Below, piece after piece: positions 10,652 through 22,635 of a DNA stretch of 64,000 nucleotides. Each line of letters opens with the position of its first letter. Positions within the stretch are counted from its first letter, which is position 1. Under the pieces are notes generated by a model. It was not told where the DNA came from. It made no database searches and saw only the letters and a list, made by a program, of their open reading frames with translations. Source of the stretch: Eledone cirrhosa (Eukaryota). The stretch is from the NCBI GenBank assembly GCA_964016885.1, contig OZ024742.1, positions 366,048,001 to 366,112,000 on the forward strand, read 5' to 3'. The translations under genes were made by a program, and so were the position numbers.

Positions 10652-12007
10652 GTCTACAGTTTCGCCGAAACACTTGTGCCCATCACCGACCAGGAAAGAA
10701 AAATCATCCTCCACGCCAGGAAGACAGTCTTACTCTTTGACAACTCTAAATGGATAAAAAGAGCTCCCGACTCACACTTCGACGTCAGCATGGGCGCCAC
10801 GGATTCGGCGGAGGTCACAGATCTTATAGGATTATTCCTAATAGCCAAACTCACCGATATGTTTCCTGCATTCGGTGGTGGATTGTACCGTGATGATGGG
10901 CTTCTTACCCTTAAAGGGTACAATCCCAGTAGTACAGATCGGGTCCGGAAACAATTAATCAGCTTCTTCCGCGACTGGGGATTTAAAATAACCCTACAAA
11001 CGTCCCTGACCCGAGTAAACTTCCTAGACGTGACCCTCGACCTCGAAAACGACCTGTACTACCCATACAGGAAACCTAATGACAACCTGCACTACATCCA
11101 CCGCCGATCAAACCATCCTAGGAACATCACCTACAACCTGGTCAAAAACATCGCCCTCCGCATATCCCGTTTGTCAGCTAATGAGCGGATATTCGATGAA
11201 CATGCGCCTTATTACAACCAGGCCCTCAAGCGGAGTGGTTTCCGGGAGGAAATATCCTACTGTCCAGCTCCCATTAGCGGAACCAGCAGGAGACACCGCC
11301 GCTCACGCAATGTAACATGGTTCAATCCTCCCCACAACGCCGAGGTGACAACCCCTATCGGGAAAATATTCTTTAGGCTCATTGAAAAACACTTCCCACT
11401 ACAACACCGCTACCACAACATAATTAACAAAAATACCATCAAACTCTCTTACAGCCCTACACCAAACTTCGCACAAAACATCGTCTCCTCTAACAACAAA
11501 AAACTCAACCCCGATGGAAGAAATAACCTAAATAGCAGTGGAGAGCCGACCAGGAGGTGCAACTGTCCGGATAGATCCATTTGCCCACTCGACAATAGAT
11601 GCAGAGATCGTAATGTGATCTACCAGTGCAACGTGAGGACGGACACCTCCAACAAAGCTTATATAGGATTAACCACATGTGACTTCAAGACCCAGCTATA
11701 CCAACATAGACATACCTTCCGAAACCCGGCCCGCCGTCACGCCACTACACTTTCGAGCCACATATGGGACCTCAAGGACAACAACATCACCTAAGATCTC
11801 ACTTGGAGATTACTGTCCAGAGCCAACTCTTACACGGGGGGACGCCGTCCGTGCAATTTATGCTCGGAGGAAACTTTACAAATGCTGTTTTCGACGGACC
11901 AACTCCTAAACAAGAAAGATGAACTGGTTACTGCATGTAAACATAGATTGCGTAGGACTTACCTCGCCCTCAAACCCCATAATGACCCGGGGGCGGGGGT
12001 AGACTAG
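10652..12007 (+). pseudogene. PLE RT + GIY-YIG endonuclease ORF remnant, 5'-truncated, one premature TAA
   Basis: The frame continues past TAA (11792-11794) as DLTWRLLSRANSYTGGRRPCNLCSEE...NKKDELVTACKHR to TAG at 12007. The first ~44 residues of the listed ORF are satellite read-through. Confidence 0.88.
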
Positions 12008-12725
12008 GGCTATAACACCCTACTTGCCGATTTTGCAATGGGTAACCCCTGCTTGCCAAGGGAGACGTAAGATCTTCTTTTTAATCGCTTCTTTTATTTC
12101 CTTCTTCCCCCCATCCCTCCTTAGTCCTTCTACCCCAGTTCTTCTTCTTTGTCGGCGTCTTTTTCTCGCCCACCCGAGGCTGCCCTTTGGCCCCTTGTAG
12201 CCTCAGTACCCCCACCCCATCCCCTAGTCTATGATAGATTTGGCGGACTCCGCTTTTTATTGCAGTTGTGTTAGACCTCGGATACTTGCCCCCTTTTCCG
12301 ACCGCTCCCCCTTTTTTCCGTGCCTTCTATATTTCTTAGTGGCACTTATGCCTTAATTTCTCGTTTCAGTATTTCTTTCTTCTCTTTTCTTTTGGGCGGG
12401 GTGGATTCTGAATTTATTTTTCCGTATTCTACCTTTACTTCGTACGAACTTTCATGTAGCTTGTATAAGAACTTTTGTAGTGTGGCGGTAGTTAGCACTA
12501 GTATATTTTTTTCGGGACTCAGAATTATTATCTCGTACTAGTTTACTTTTCTGCACTGGGTGGTTGCTGGCCTTGTGCCCGGGGTAGAAACCTTTATTAT
12601 TTATTTCGCGGTAGTTTCTTTAGTATTTTGGCCCCATTTGTTGACCCGTCACCGTATGATTAACGTACTTATACCTCTTAAAAGGGTCCTTTCCTAATCC
12701 GTCCCACCTAGTTTATTTACTTATT

Positions 12726-12769
<44 letters not shown>

Positions 12770-13321
12770 TATTTATTTATTTATTTATTTATCTAGCCTA
12801 ACAATAGCTAGAGATTTAGGTCGTAGAACTTGCTTATATATTCTTTTTTCTTTACACTTATTCGCTTTTCATCACTCTCAGTATTTTTTTTTTCATATAT
12901 ATATTTTACCCCTCATTGTTCTACCTACCGTTTTTACTTCCTCCCCTTCCCCCTCCCCAGTATCTTCTTTGACCTCATGCCCAGCTGTAGCCGGCACTAC
13001 CAACGCATGATTGGGTCTACTCCACCCCCTAACCATTTTTCTCCTACTGGCAGGTTTAGCCACCATCTCCCCTACTAATTTGCCATCACAGAATTACTAC
13101 TAACTTTTGACAATCACTTTGACCATATATGGAATTACCCCTTGAGAAGCTCGCCTATTTAAATACCAGGATAAATTTTCATTTAGTCCAGAATTAGCCG
13201 TCGAAACGGTTTGAGCTCAGCCGTCGGGGTCTTACTGGTTCCTATTACCCACTCTACTACCCTAAGTATTGAGTACTTTGGTGCGTTATGGTCCACCTGG
13301 TTCCTTACCACATTTCCTTCG

Positions 13322-13323
<2 letters not shown>
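10652..13323 (+). mobile_element. 5'-truncated Penelope-like retroelement (Naiad-like) with long 3' region, ending in a (TA)n tract
   Basis: RT motifs FDVSMGATDSAEVTDLIG and GLYRDDGL, thumb-region NFLDVTLDL / YRKPN, CxCx5Cx5C linker (CNCPDRSICPLDNRC), and GIY-YIG (VIY...YIG). The terminal ~140 bp recurs inverted at ~15197-15335. Confidence 0.9.
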
Positions 13324-13372
<49 letters not shown>

Positions 13373-13451
13373 AATAGATTTGAAGACTAAAATCCAAAGA
13401 GGGCTCGATAAGGATAAATATATATTAAATATATATGAACTGTAGAGCAAA

Positions 13452-14437
13452 TATTTATTAAAATAACAGATTAAAGTTTAAGCAAAGAATCGCTGCTTTC
13501 ACCCTTAACGGGATCTTCTGAAACTAACAAAGTCAATCTGTGAACACAGAAGTGAATATTTCAAAAAACGTTGCAACCGGAGGAAGACAGGAAGACGATA
13601 CTTTGGTTCGTGGGAACGTTCCCTGGCAAAGAACGGGAGAAAAAACGAATGTAATACGTCATTATTTGGAGCGGTGAAAAACAATTACGCGCAAAGACAG
13701 AACCACGTTTATGGCATAAAAGAAGTCGTAGACAAATATTCTATTAGGCGGTTCATAGAGACGTTCTCAGGCAATGAACGGAAAAAACGAAGATAATACA
13801 TCATATGTGGAGCGGTGAAAACAATTGCACGCAAAGACAAAACCACGTAAATGGTATAACTAAAGTCGTAGACTAAAATTCTAACTAGGAAACCGAATGA
13901 TTCTCGGCTTCAGAGTTAAAAATAAAGTAAATAAAATACAGAGTTAATTGAAATAAATACCTACACGCATCCATATACGTACATACACAAGCATACGCGA
14001 AAACACTCGCCATAGGTATACAAATACACGCTCGTACACAAAAAGAAAAAAAAAGAAAACCCACACGCACATACAGAATCCACTCAACGCCTGTACCCGC
14101 ACGCATACGAATGTATACACCAAATACACACAAAATATATATAAAAATATATATATTAATATATATATATGTGTGTGCGTGTATACATATAATTAAATAA
14201 ACGTATATAAATAAATAAAATCGTATATAACAAGCGCACACACATACGTACATGTAAATACACATATGTTCGGAGAGTACGTCAACCAAAACACGAAGTA
14301 CACATATACACACACCCTACATACGTACGAACCCGCATATTCACTTCTGTGTTCACATATTGGCTTTGTTAGTTTCAGAAGATCCTGTTGAGGGTGAAAG
14401 CAGCGATTCTTTGCTTAAACTTTAATCTGTTATTTTA

Positions 14438-14445
<8 letters not shown>
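13452..14445. repeat. Fold-back element with ~110-bp inverted arms, between (TA)n tracts
   Basis: ATATTTATTAAAATAACAGATTAAAG...CAGAAGTGAATAT (~13452-13559) is the reverse complement of ~14338-14445. An internal ~130-bp direct repeat lies at 13640-13885. Confidence 0.85.
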
Positions 14446-14469
<24 letters not shown>

Positions 14470-14475
<6 letters not shown>

Positions 14476-15162
14476 GTGGATGGATACCTCAACAGGTACA
14501 ATGTACTTGTAGAAATATTCAAGTTGTTTATAATTCATGTGGTTCAATGGCACTAATTCGAGATACCAGAACAATATAAAAGTAGCGAAGCAAGCGGTTA
14601 TTAAACAATTTTCTAAATAAAATAAAAAATCTTTCGGAATGATTAAACCGTCGGTAACAGCGTCTGAACAGGTGATTATTTAATTATTTTTTAATTTATT
14701 TAAAAAATTGTTTAATAACCGCTTGCTTCGCTACTTTTATATTGTTCTGGTATCTCGAATTAGCGCCATTGAACCACATGTATTATAAACAACTTGAATA
14801 TTTCTACAGGTACATTGTACCTGTTGAGGTATCCATCCACTTCTATAATTATTCTCCTTATGTAGAGAACAAAACATTGAATAATGCTGCTAATTTTAGT
14901 GGCAATTCGACATGTTTATAATATCCAGCTTTTATCAGCGACCTGATTATGCGTGTGTGTCATTTTAACGGCTTGACCACATGCGTTGGGCAGGGAGCAT
15001 AATATTTACTTGCTATAAGGCTTAATACCTTATGGCGTGGAAATAGGGCTGTCTGAAGATTCATTTCTTTCCATTGGAAATTCGTTGGATTTTCAATCTT
15101 TCGGAATGATGAAACCGTCGGTAACAGCGTCTGAAATTGTTTAATAACCGCTTGCTTCGCTA

Positions 15163-15166
<4 letters not shown>
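14470..15166. repeat. Fold-back element with ~160-bp inverted arms plus a terminal direct repeat (pLTR-like layout), between (TA)n tracts
   Basis: ~14470-14630 is the reverse complement of ~14685-14846. The loop sequence TCTTTCGGAATGAT.AAACCGTCGGTAACAGCGTCTGAA and part of the arm recur at 15097-15165. Confidence 0.85.
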
Positions 15167-15196
<30 letters not shown>

Positions 15197-15197
<1 letters not shown>

Positions 15198-15388
15198 CGA
15201 AGGACGTGTGGTAAGGAACCAGCTGGACTATAACGCACCATAGTACTCAATACTTAGAGTAGTAGCGTGGGTAATAGGAAAATGTTCAACCCCGACAGCA
15301 GAGCTCAAGCCGTTTCGACGGCTATTTCAGTCCAGAAATAGCCGTCGAAATGGATTGAGGTCTGCCGTTGGGGTTGAACATTTTCCTA
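15197..15388 (-). mobile_element. Detached PLE terminal repeat folded into a palindrome
   Basis: Inverted copy of 13185-13323. Positions 15276-15388 form a hairpin (TAGGAAAATGTTCAACCCC...GCTATTTC-AGTCCA-GAAATAGC...GGGGTTGAACATTTTCCTA). Flanked by (TA)n. Confidence 0.8.
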
Positions 15389-15406
15389 TATATATATATA
15401 TATATG

Positions 15407-17086
15407 CTAGCAGATTTACCCGGCGTTGCCCGGGGTTTGAAATTATGCTAAGAATATACAGCTAGGAAGTAAAAGAAAATTATTTGTCCCCAACCTGTCA
15501 AAATAAGCAGAAGTCTTCAATAATTAATGCAAACGAATATTTAGTGCAATCTTTGTACACATAAAACTATGCTGATAATGAAGGAAAACACTGAACAGGA
15601 TGTAGTTATACAAATAATTAAAGACAATACACGTTGCAAATCTGTAAAAAAACAGGCAGTTTTGCTAAAGTACAAAAAGTTGTAATGAAAGCAGAGTTGT
15701 ATACAAACAAAAAACATTGCGAGTAGAATAAGAGAAAATGTATTCTTTGAGAGCATCCTTTGCTGTGTATGGTTAAATTTTGAACTTATAATCCAAAATA
15801 TCCTGCATGAGATATTCCTTGGTATGTTTTGTAATGAGTAAGATGAAATCAAGGCAGAGCTGTAATAAGTGTTTTTGTTAACACTAAAGCACTTCAGGAT
15901 AGACGATATTCTTTGTTTTTCTTTTCGGAACAAACGCAAAGAGATTATCTCGACTGCCAACTCGTGAGCAGGCAACGTAGAATTGTCCGTGCGAAAAGCA
16001 AGGTTCATCCAAGTGAATTCCAGCGACGGACATAGTTTGACCTTGCGACTTGTTTATGGACATCGCAAAGGCAACACGAAGGGGAAATTGGGTTCGGCGA
16101 AAGAAGAAGGGAGTATCCACACCTGATGTAGTCAGGCTAATTTTTGTTATTATCATATCCTCGCCTTTTCCACATTCGGATAGAATGGTAGCGTCAATAC
16201 TAAGTAGAGACAGTTTTTTAACCACAAGGCGTGTACCATTGCATAGTTTTGGAGGAGTGATATTTCTCAGCAAAATAACTGTCGTTTTCTCTTTCCGAAG
16301 CAATGTATTAGGAGGCAAACCAGGAGGATTTAAAGAAATTAGAAATTCAACTGGATAATTGACGGCATACTGCAATTACTTGTCCTAACTGGCTTCCATA
16401 ATTTTTTCATCTCCTCACTCCTCTACTTTTTTCTACTCCTCTTCAACGTATCTTCCTACCTCTTTCCGCCACTCTTACTGACTCCGTCTCTTTCTTTCTG
16501 CTATTTTCTCTCTTTTTATATCTTATTTGCCCCATCTCTCTCTGTTTGTGTCATTTCTCCTCTCTTTCTTTTTCTCCCCCTCTCTCTCCCTGTCTCTTTT
16601 TATACCATATCTTTTCTCTCGCGCTCTCTCATTCTCTCTCTCTTTGTATTATATCTCCCCCTTTCTCTCTCTCTCTGTACCATATCTCACCTCTCTCTCT
16701 ATCTCTCTTTGTACCATATCTCCTCTCCCTCTCTCTGTAACATATCTCCTCTCTCTCCATCTGTACTATATCCCCCCTCTCCCTTTCTACCATATCTTCT
16801 TTCTCTCTCTCTCTCTCTCAGTGTTTCCTCTACCACTGATTCTGATCCCCGTGGTCTTTCATACTCTGTACACACACATCCTCGCTTTTATATATATAGA
16901 TAATTTTGCTATCGATTTTTTATTGCGCAACGTGGGTCGATTTGAAAATTTTTTGTGATGTGAATATCTTAGCGACAGGTGCAACGTGCATAGAAACTTT
17001 GGTCAAATTCGGTTGGGAATTGTAAAAGCCTTAGGTGTCCAAATTTGTCCACAGACACATCCTCGCTTATATATATATAATATAGA
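15407..17086 (-). mobile_element. Non-autonomous (internally deleted) Helitron
   Basis: Minus-strand 5' end A^TCTATA..AAGCGAGGATGTGT at 17086 (second copy at 16900). 3' hairpin CCCGGGCAACGCCGGG followed by CTAG (15407-15410). Contains a PIF1 helicase fragment. Confidence 0.9.
15884..16375 (-). pseudogene. Helitron RepHel C-terminal PIF1-like helicase fragment
   Basis: YPVEFLISLNPPGLPP, LLRN..PPKLCNGTRL, RRTQFPLRVAFAMSINKSQGQT, FSHGQFYVACSRV, TKNIVYPEVL*. Confidence 0.93.
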
Positions 17087-17877
17087 TGTGTGTGTAAGCG
17101 CATGTATTGCTTGATGAAAAGTTTTATGGGAGTCAAAGCGATGTTCTTTAGGGAGTGAGTGGTCGGGTGTTTCGCTATCTCTTCAATTTGATGACCAGCA
17201 GACGACTGGAATACTCCAACGGCCAGTAATAGCTGGTGGCTTATGTCATAATAGACACTTACAGCACCTCATCATTACAAAACTAACATCGTGACCAGGA
17301 AGCCATATTTGCCTTCATTAACGTTATTAACATTAGAACAGTGACATACGGAATCAAAGAAACGCCAACAAAGTGCGTCGATGCATGTGTGTGTATGTAT
17401 GTATATATATGTGATACTGGTAACATATAACCCAGTACAACCTGTCGGCGACTAAACCGGCAACCCCACCAAGTAAACTTGGTGAGGAGGGTGATTTTGG
17501 ACACCCTGCAGGACAAAAAACAAAACCTGACAAAGGCCGGAAGAACTCATAATAGTCAACGGCCATCCGAAAGTGTGTAAATATGTAAATATACATGTAC
17601 CGCGTGGTTAAACCACTAGGGCATTCTTCTAGGAGAAGGCAACTCAGGAAACTGGGATAACTCCGATATAAAACATACGGCTCAGTAGTTACCGATGATG
17701 TTGATCTTTTCTTCTTTTCGGGTTACAGCTACTGTTGCCAGAGAGTGGGATTGGCTCAGTGCACAGTCTTTCCTCACTTTAAAAAAATATCTTCACGCAC
17801 AGGCATTGCTCGAAAGAATTAATTAATAATGGTATATCGTGCAATGGGCATACTCGATAACGAGGGGGCAGCCATCA

Positions 17878-17913
<36 letters not shown>

Positions 17914-17968
17914 CACACACAGACACACATATATATACTCACATACACATATATACACACACATATGT

Positions 17969-18012
<44 letters not shown>

Positions 18013-18800
18013 GCACACACACACACACTTATTGATATGATATAATCTGTTTATTCATTAATCTATATAGACTTTCCGTGTGGGTGTATAATGCACTTTT
18101 ATATTCTTACTCGTAAAACATAAATATATATGTGGGTGTGTATATATCATTGTATGTACGTAAAGATATATAAATATATATTTATATATCTATTTATATA
18201 TATCTATATATCTTTACGTACATACATCGATATATATAGGTAAAGATTGCGTGTGTATATATATATATATATCTTTACGTACTTATATCGGTACACACCC
18301 ACATAATTAAATATTTACGTTTATGTCTGTGTTGTGTGTGTGTATCTATATATGTACGTAAACAAAGTTTATATACAATACACACATATATAGATATCTG
18401 ATCTAATCTATATACGTGCGCATTTACATAGAAATACACACACCCACCTACACACTCACACCCACCTACATCTATCTCATTAATATTTTATAAATATTCC
18501 AGAAGCCCTGCAGGTTATCTCATTATTTCGTCTCAGTCATTTTTACTTTCCTATCAGTAACAATCCAATGTTGAATTTGCAATCACTAATCATTATTTTA
18601 GAGAAGAAAGGAACTTAACTCATTAGAAATTACCTTGATATTACCAAGGTTCTTTACTAATTAATGTTCTTTGATCTCTAATCCAAAACTGCAGCATTAG
18701 AATAATTTCTATCAAAGTTTGCTTTCTACTTATTTTGGAATCGGGGTTTTCCAAACTTTTTACTCACGGCCAACTATAGAAGTAAGTTTTTTGGATGGTG

Positions 18801-20798
18801 TTTAACGAAAGGTATTAATAGTATTTGTTAAATGGATTAACATGGTTGTTAGATGAAATAACAAGAATAGCTGATTTACTTTATATATAAAAAAAAGGTT
18901 TACTTCACTTGAGTCAAAAAGAACAATAAACAAGTTACCACGAGTTTCGAAGGTTGACAATATTATTTTGTTGCCCAAAGGTAACGGGGAATCTTTCACA
19001 TAGCTTGTAATAGCGTACTGCTGCGATTGCTCTGTGTAAACGTGGGATGATACAGGCTTTATATATCTATCGCTTTCTGTCTCCCACCTCAAGGGATCGC
19101 CCTAGCATGAACCTGTCCGCACCGAAAAGGAAGCTGACCTAGAATTTGACTTTTAGGTGTCACCCAGGGTTCAAGGCGTGGACAGATTTCGCTACATTAG
19201 TTCCCTACCCAGATCGATGCAGGAGCAGCGATCGATTATAAAAGGGGTAGCGAAATCTGATTCCAGAAGCGTGTCCCAAAACACACAAAATATGGGTACT
19301 AAACCCGCACTTCGAGTGTAGAGAAATTTGGAGAGAGAAAAAAAATATCGTATAACTATGTATGCATGTGTGTGTGTTACATTTAGAAGAAACTGTAAAT
19401 ATACAAAGTTGTGATCATGTATTTCGAACTGTTGTGTATGGATGGATGGACGTTGGGATTACGGTATCGGATTACGATATGATAACACAGAGGACTATTT
19501 ATCTCGATGTATCATCGTACGTAAGATTCTCTTCCAGTGAGTCGAGGTTTACGCTATGACATGAGTGTGTGCAATTTTGAGTTGCGTGCTTCAGTGAGTC
19601 GAGCGAGTAGTAACCGTGGGTTGATTATCATGTGTTTAATAGCTGTTGCCGTACCTCGACGTATTATCATACGTAAGATGCTTTTCCAGTGAGTCGAGGT
19701 TTACGCTATGACATGAGTGTGTGCAATTTTGAGTTGCGTGCCTGAGTGAGACCAGGCTAGTAGTACCCGTGGGTTGATTCTCATGTGTTTAATAGCTGTT
19801 GCCGAACCTCGACCAGTTGAAAAGTGATCTCACAGAGACCCAACTGAATCCAGAATATACCATAGACAAAAAAATGTGTGACAAAGAAAATGATGTGTGT
19901 TTGATGCAAAACGTGTGTTCATACAGGCATATAATACAGTAAAAAAAAAAATAAAAAAATTAACGTTCATATATAACCTGCAAAAAAAATTTTTGTTTAC
20001 ATTTATATAATTGCTGTTTACAAAAAGTTCATTTTTCTCTTTATGTGATCGTTTTCTTGCTAGGAAGCTAGTAGTATTGTCTGTTGTTGTTGTTGTTGGA
20101 GATTACGAAGCACGTGGTGAAGTGTTTGGTAATGAATCGAAACAAAAGCGAAGTCACTGTAAATATTCCGTAGAATGGAAGTTTGGTGAATAATTTGAAA
20201 AAGTGAAGTTTTAGCATATCGTACCATATAGATGAGAAGCTTGGTAATTATATATTGCTGAGAAAATTGTTAGATGTTGGCCATGTTGAAAAAATGCTGC
20301 GTATTGTTTTGTTTTGTTTTTTTTTTATATATCACGTCGGGGTCACCAATTTAACGAAAAGTATTAATAGTATTTGTTAAATGGATTAACATGGTTGTTA
20401 GATGAAATAACAAGAATAGCTGATTTACTTTATATATAAAAAAAAAGGTTTACTTCACTTGAGTCAAAAAGAACAATAAACAAGTTACCACGAATTGCGA
20501 AGGTTGACAATGTTATTTTGTTGTTGGTTCATGAGGCTGGTGTAGTCTGCGACCGAGAGAGAGAGAGTAATTGTCTGTAGACCTCTGCGGCCTGAAGGTA
20601 GCGGTGAATCTTTCACATAGCTTGTAATAGCGTACTGATCCGATCGCTCTGTGTAAACGTGGGATGATACAGGCTTTTTATACCTGTCGTTTTCTGTCTC
20701 CCACCTCTAGGGATCGCCCACGCACCGAAAAAGATGCCGACCTAGAAGTTGACTTTTAGGTGTCACCCGGGTTCAAAACGTGGACAGATTTCGCTACA
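18801..20798 (-). mobile_element. Complete non-autonomous LTR retrotransposon (LTRs 20350-20798 and 18801-19196)
   Basis: Direct repeats begin TGTAGCGAAATCTG on the minus strand. PBS TGGTGACCCCGACGTGAT (20348-20331) is complementary to the tRNA-Trp 3' end. PPT GGGTAGGGAA precedes the 3' LTR. 4-bp TSD GGTG at 18797-18800 and 20799-20802. No gag/pol ORF. Confidence 0.92.
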
Positions 20799-20844
20799 GG
20801 TGCACTTTGTAACTAAATTCGAAAATTTATTTAAGAGATATTTA

Positions 20845-21110
20845 GATCAGGAATAAGAGAATCTCTCCAGGTAGAGCCGCTACTTTTCTGAATTGAGAGG
20901 TCACATCTCCGATATTACAGACATGTAGTTAGAATGTCTCAGGAGAGAATCGCTGGACTAATTTTACGGGAAAAAGCAACTGGCAGGAGACCCTGAGCAA
21001 GATGATTGGATAACATCCATAAGCTAGGCTAGTCTCTCCTGAGGATCCAGACGGATCAATTCGGTCCCTTCTGACAGGCCCCGCTGGAAGAAGTACTTGA
21101 TTCAGGAAAA
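20845..21110 (+). mobile_element. Degenerate RTE-clade LINE C-terminal remnant
   Basis: Manual translation gives IRESLQVEPLLF*IERSHLRYYRHVVRMSQER...TGRRP*AR*LDNI, resembling the RTE C-terminus. Confidence 0.7.
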
Positions 21111-21967
21111 AGAAATTAATTGTACTTCTTTCTTAACATATTCAGAGATGCTGCCTATCTATATATCTATTGAACATCCATAGACTGAGTCTATATATCT
21201 ATTGAACATCTATAGACTGTCTATATACCCAGTTAACATCTATAGCTGTCTATACACCCAGTTAACATCTACACTAGTAGCCCCCAAACATTTACTGACG
21301 TCATAATTTAGAAGAGTTAAATATATTTTGGCGTACATATTACTTATATTCGAAGTTTATACATGAAAGGAATTCACACTTCATATAGCATAAAGTAAAA
21401 ATATCGATGATTATAATTATACAATACAAAATAACTATTTATACTTCCTTCTTTTGTCAATAAACGGAACAAAGTTAACGATAAGCATTTGTTTGATGAC
21501 CTTTTCTAATGTGTACAATCTTAGTTTAGTTCCCATTTTTATAGTTATGAAATTTATTACAAATTTCAACTTGTATTTTTTACGTTTTGAAATAGAAACT
21601 TGCTTGTTTTCTACCTAAAGAAAGATCCAAATATGAAACTTTCCTAGTGACATCTTCTAACCAGTGATACTGCAGCCATATGATAGGATACACAGCTTAG
21701 GATTCCACTAAACTGGAAAATGTCCGTGTAGTTTATCAAACGTAAGAGAATACTCAAGCCTTTTTGTTACACGTAAGTAACGCTCTCTCACCCAAACAAG
21801 TACACAACTGCACCCGTCGCTCTACTGATATCACATTCATCAAAATGTTGCCACACAGTAACTTTGAATCTAAAATATTTATGTTCAAGGCACCAAACTT
21901 CTTGTTCAGTCGTTAGAAAAATATTAAATGAAATGTCACACATAAGCATGAGTTGTGAACAGTTCAG

Positions 21968-22160
21968 TAATTGTTTCTACTTTTGGCACAAGGCCAGCAA
22001 TTACCCCCATGTATTACTGGTACTTTATTTTATCAACCCCGTAAGGATGAAAAGCAAAGTTAACCTCGACGGGATTTGAACTCAGAATGGCAAGGGCCGC
22101 AACTCTATGCGTCAAAGCATGACGTTCGACCCTCTACAGATACTGCCAATCCACTGCCCT
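21968..22160 (-). mobile_element. tRNA-derived SINE, family A (Nin/Deu-domain-like core)
   Basis: Reverse complement of the copy at 53038-53228. Confidence 0.8.
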
Positions 22161-22269
22161 GTTCAGTAATGTACAAACATTTCATATGTCAGGGATTCTT
22201 ACATACTTTGAGATTCAGAAACTTCGAGAATGTTTGTGTGTATATATATATATATATATTCAGGACCCC

Positions 22270-22340
22270 GACGGCTGAGCTCCGGCCGTTTCAACAGCTA
22301 GTTGAGATCTAGCTGTTGAAACGGCCGGAGCTCAGCCGTC
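22270..22340. repeat. Perfect hairpin (32-bp arms) related to the PLE terminus
   Basis: GACGGCTGAGCTCCGGCCGTTTCAACAGCTAG-TTGAGAT-CTAGCTGTTGAAACGGCCGGAGCTCAGCCGTC. Similar to 13196-13230 and next to a (TA)n tract. Confidence 0.85.
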
Positions 22341-22360
22341 ACTAATGACCATGGTTTTTG

Positions 22361-22635
22361 ACAGAAAGTTTCCCTCCGAGGCACAAGTCCGGGCAAGGTT
22401 TTTTATGGAAGACCAGCAGTCACCCATGTAAACCAGTCTCCCCTGAGCAGACCACCAATGTTGTTCAAGGGAAAGGCTGATACAGTTTAGCACCAGTGAC
22501 ACCGCAACTCACTTCTACAGTTGAGTAAACTGGAGCAACCTGAAATAAAGTTTTTTGATCAAGGACACAATGCCCGGCTCGAGAACCGCACTGACAACCT
22601 ATCAATTGCATGCTCAACGCTCTAACGACTACGCA
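22361..22635 (-). mobile_element. Degenerate tRNA-derived SINE, family B-like
   Basis: Shares TTCTACAG.TGAGTAAACTGGAGCAA..TGAAATAAAG...TCAAGGA.ACAA with 33395-33661. Confidence 0.65.

Noticed and set aside
6923-10673. Repetitive ORFs (LPCLQLPTMR, STVTHHEG) and a CRISPR-like appearance
   Set aside because: Tandem satellite with no unique spacers, in a eukaryotic context.
11792-11794. Selenocysteine recoding in the PLE
   Set aside because: The stop is TAA, not TGA, and is not at a Cys position.
17280-17820. Possible RTE 5'-UTR/endonuclease remnant (CTAGGAGAAGGCAACTC)
   Set aside because: Too degenerate to support without a search.
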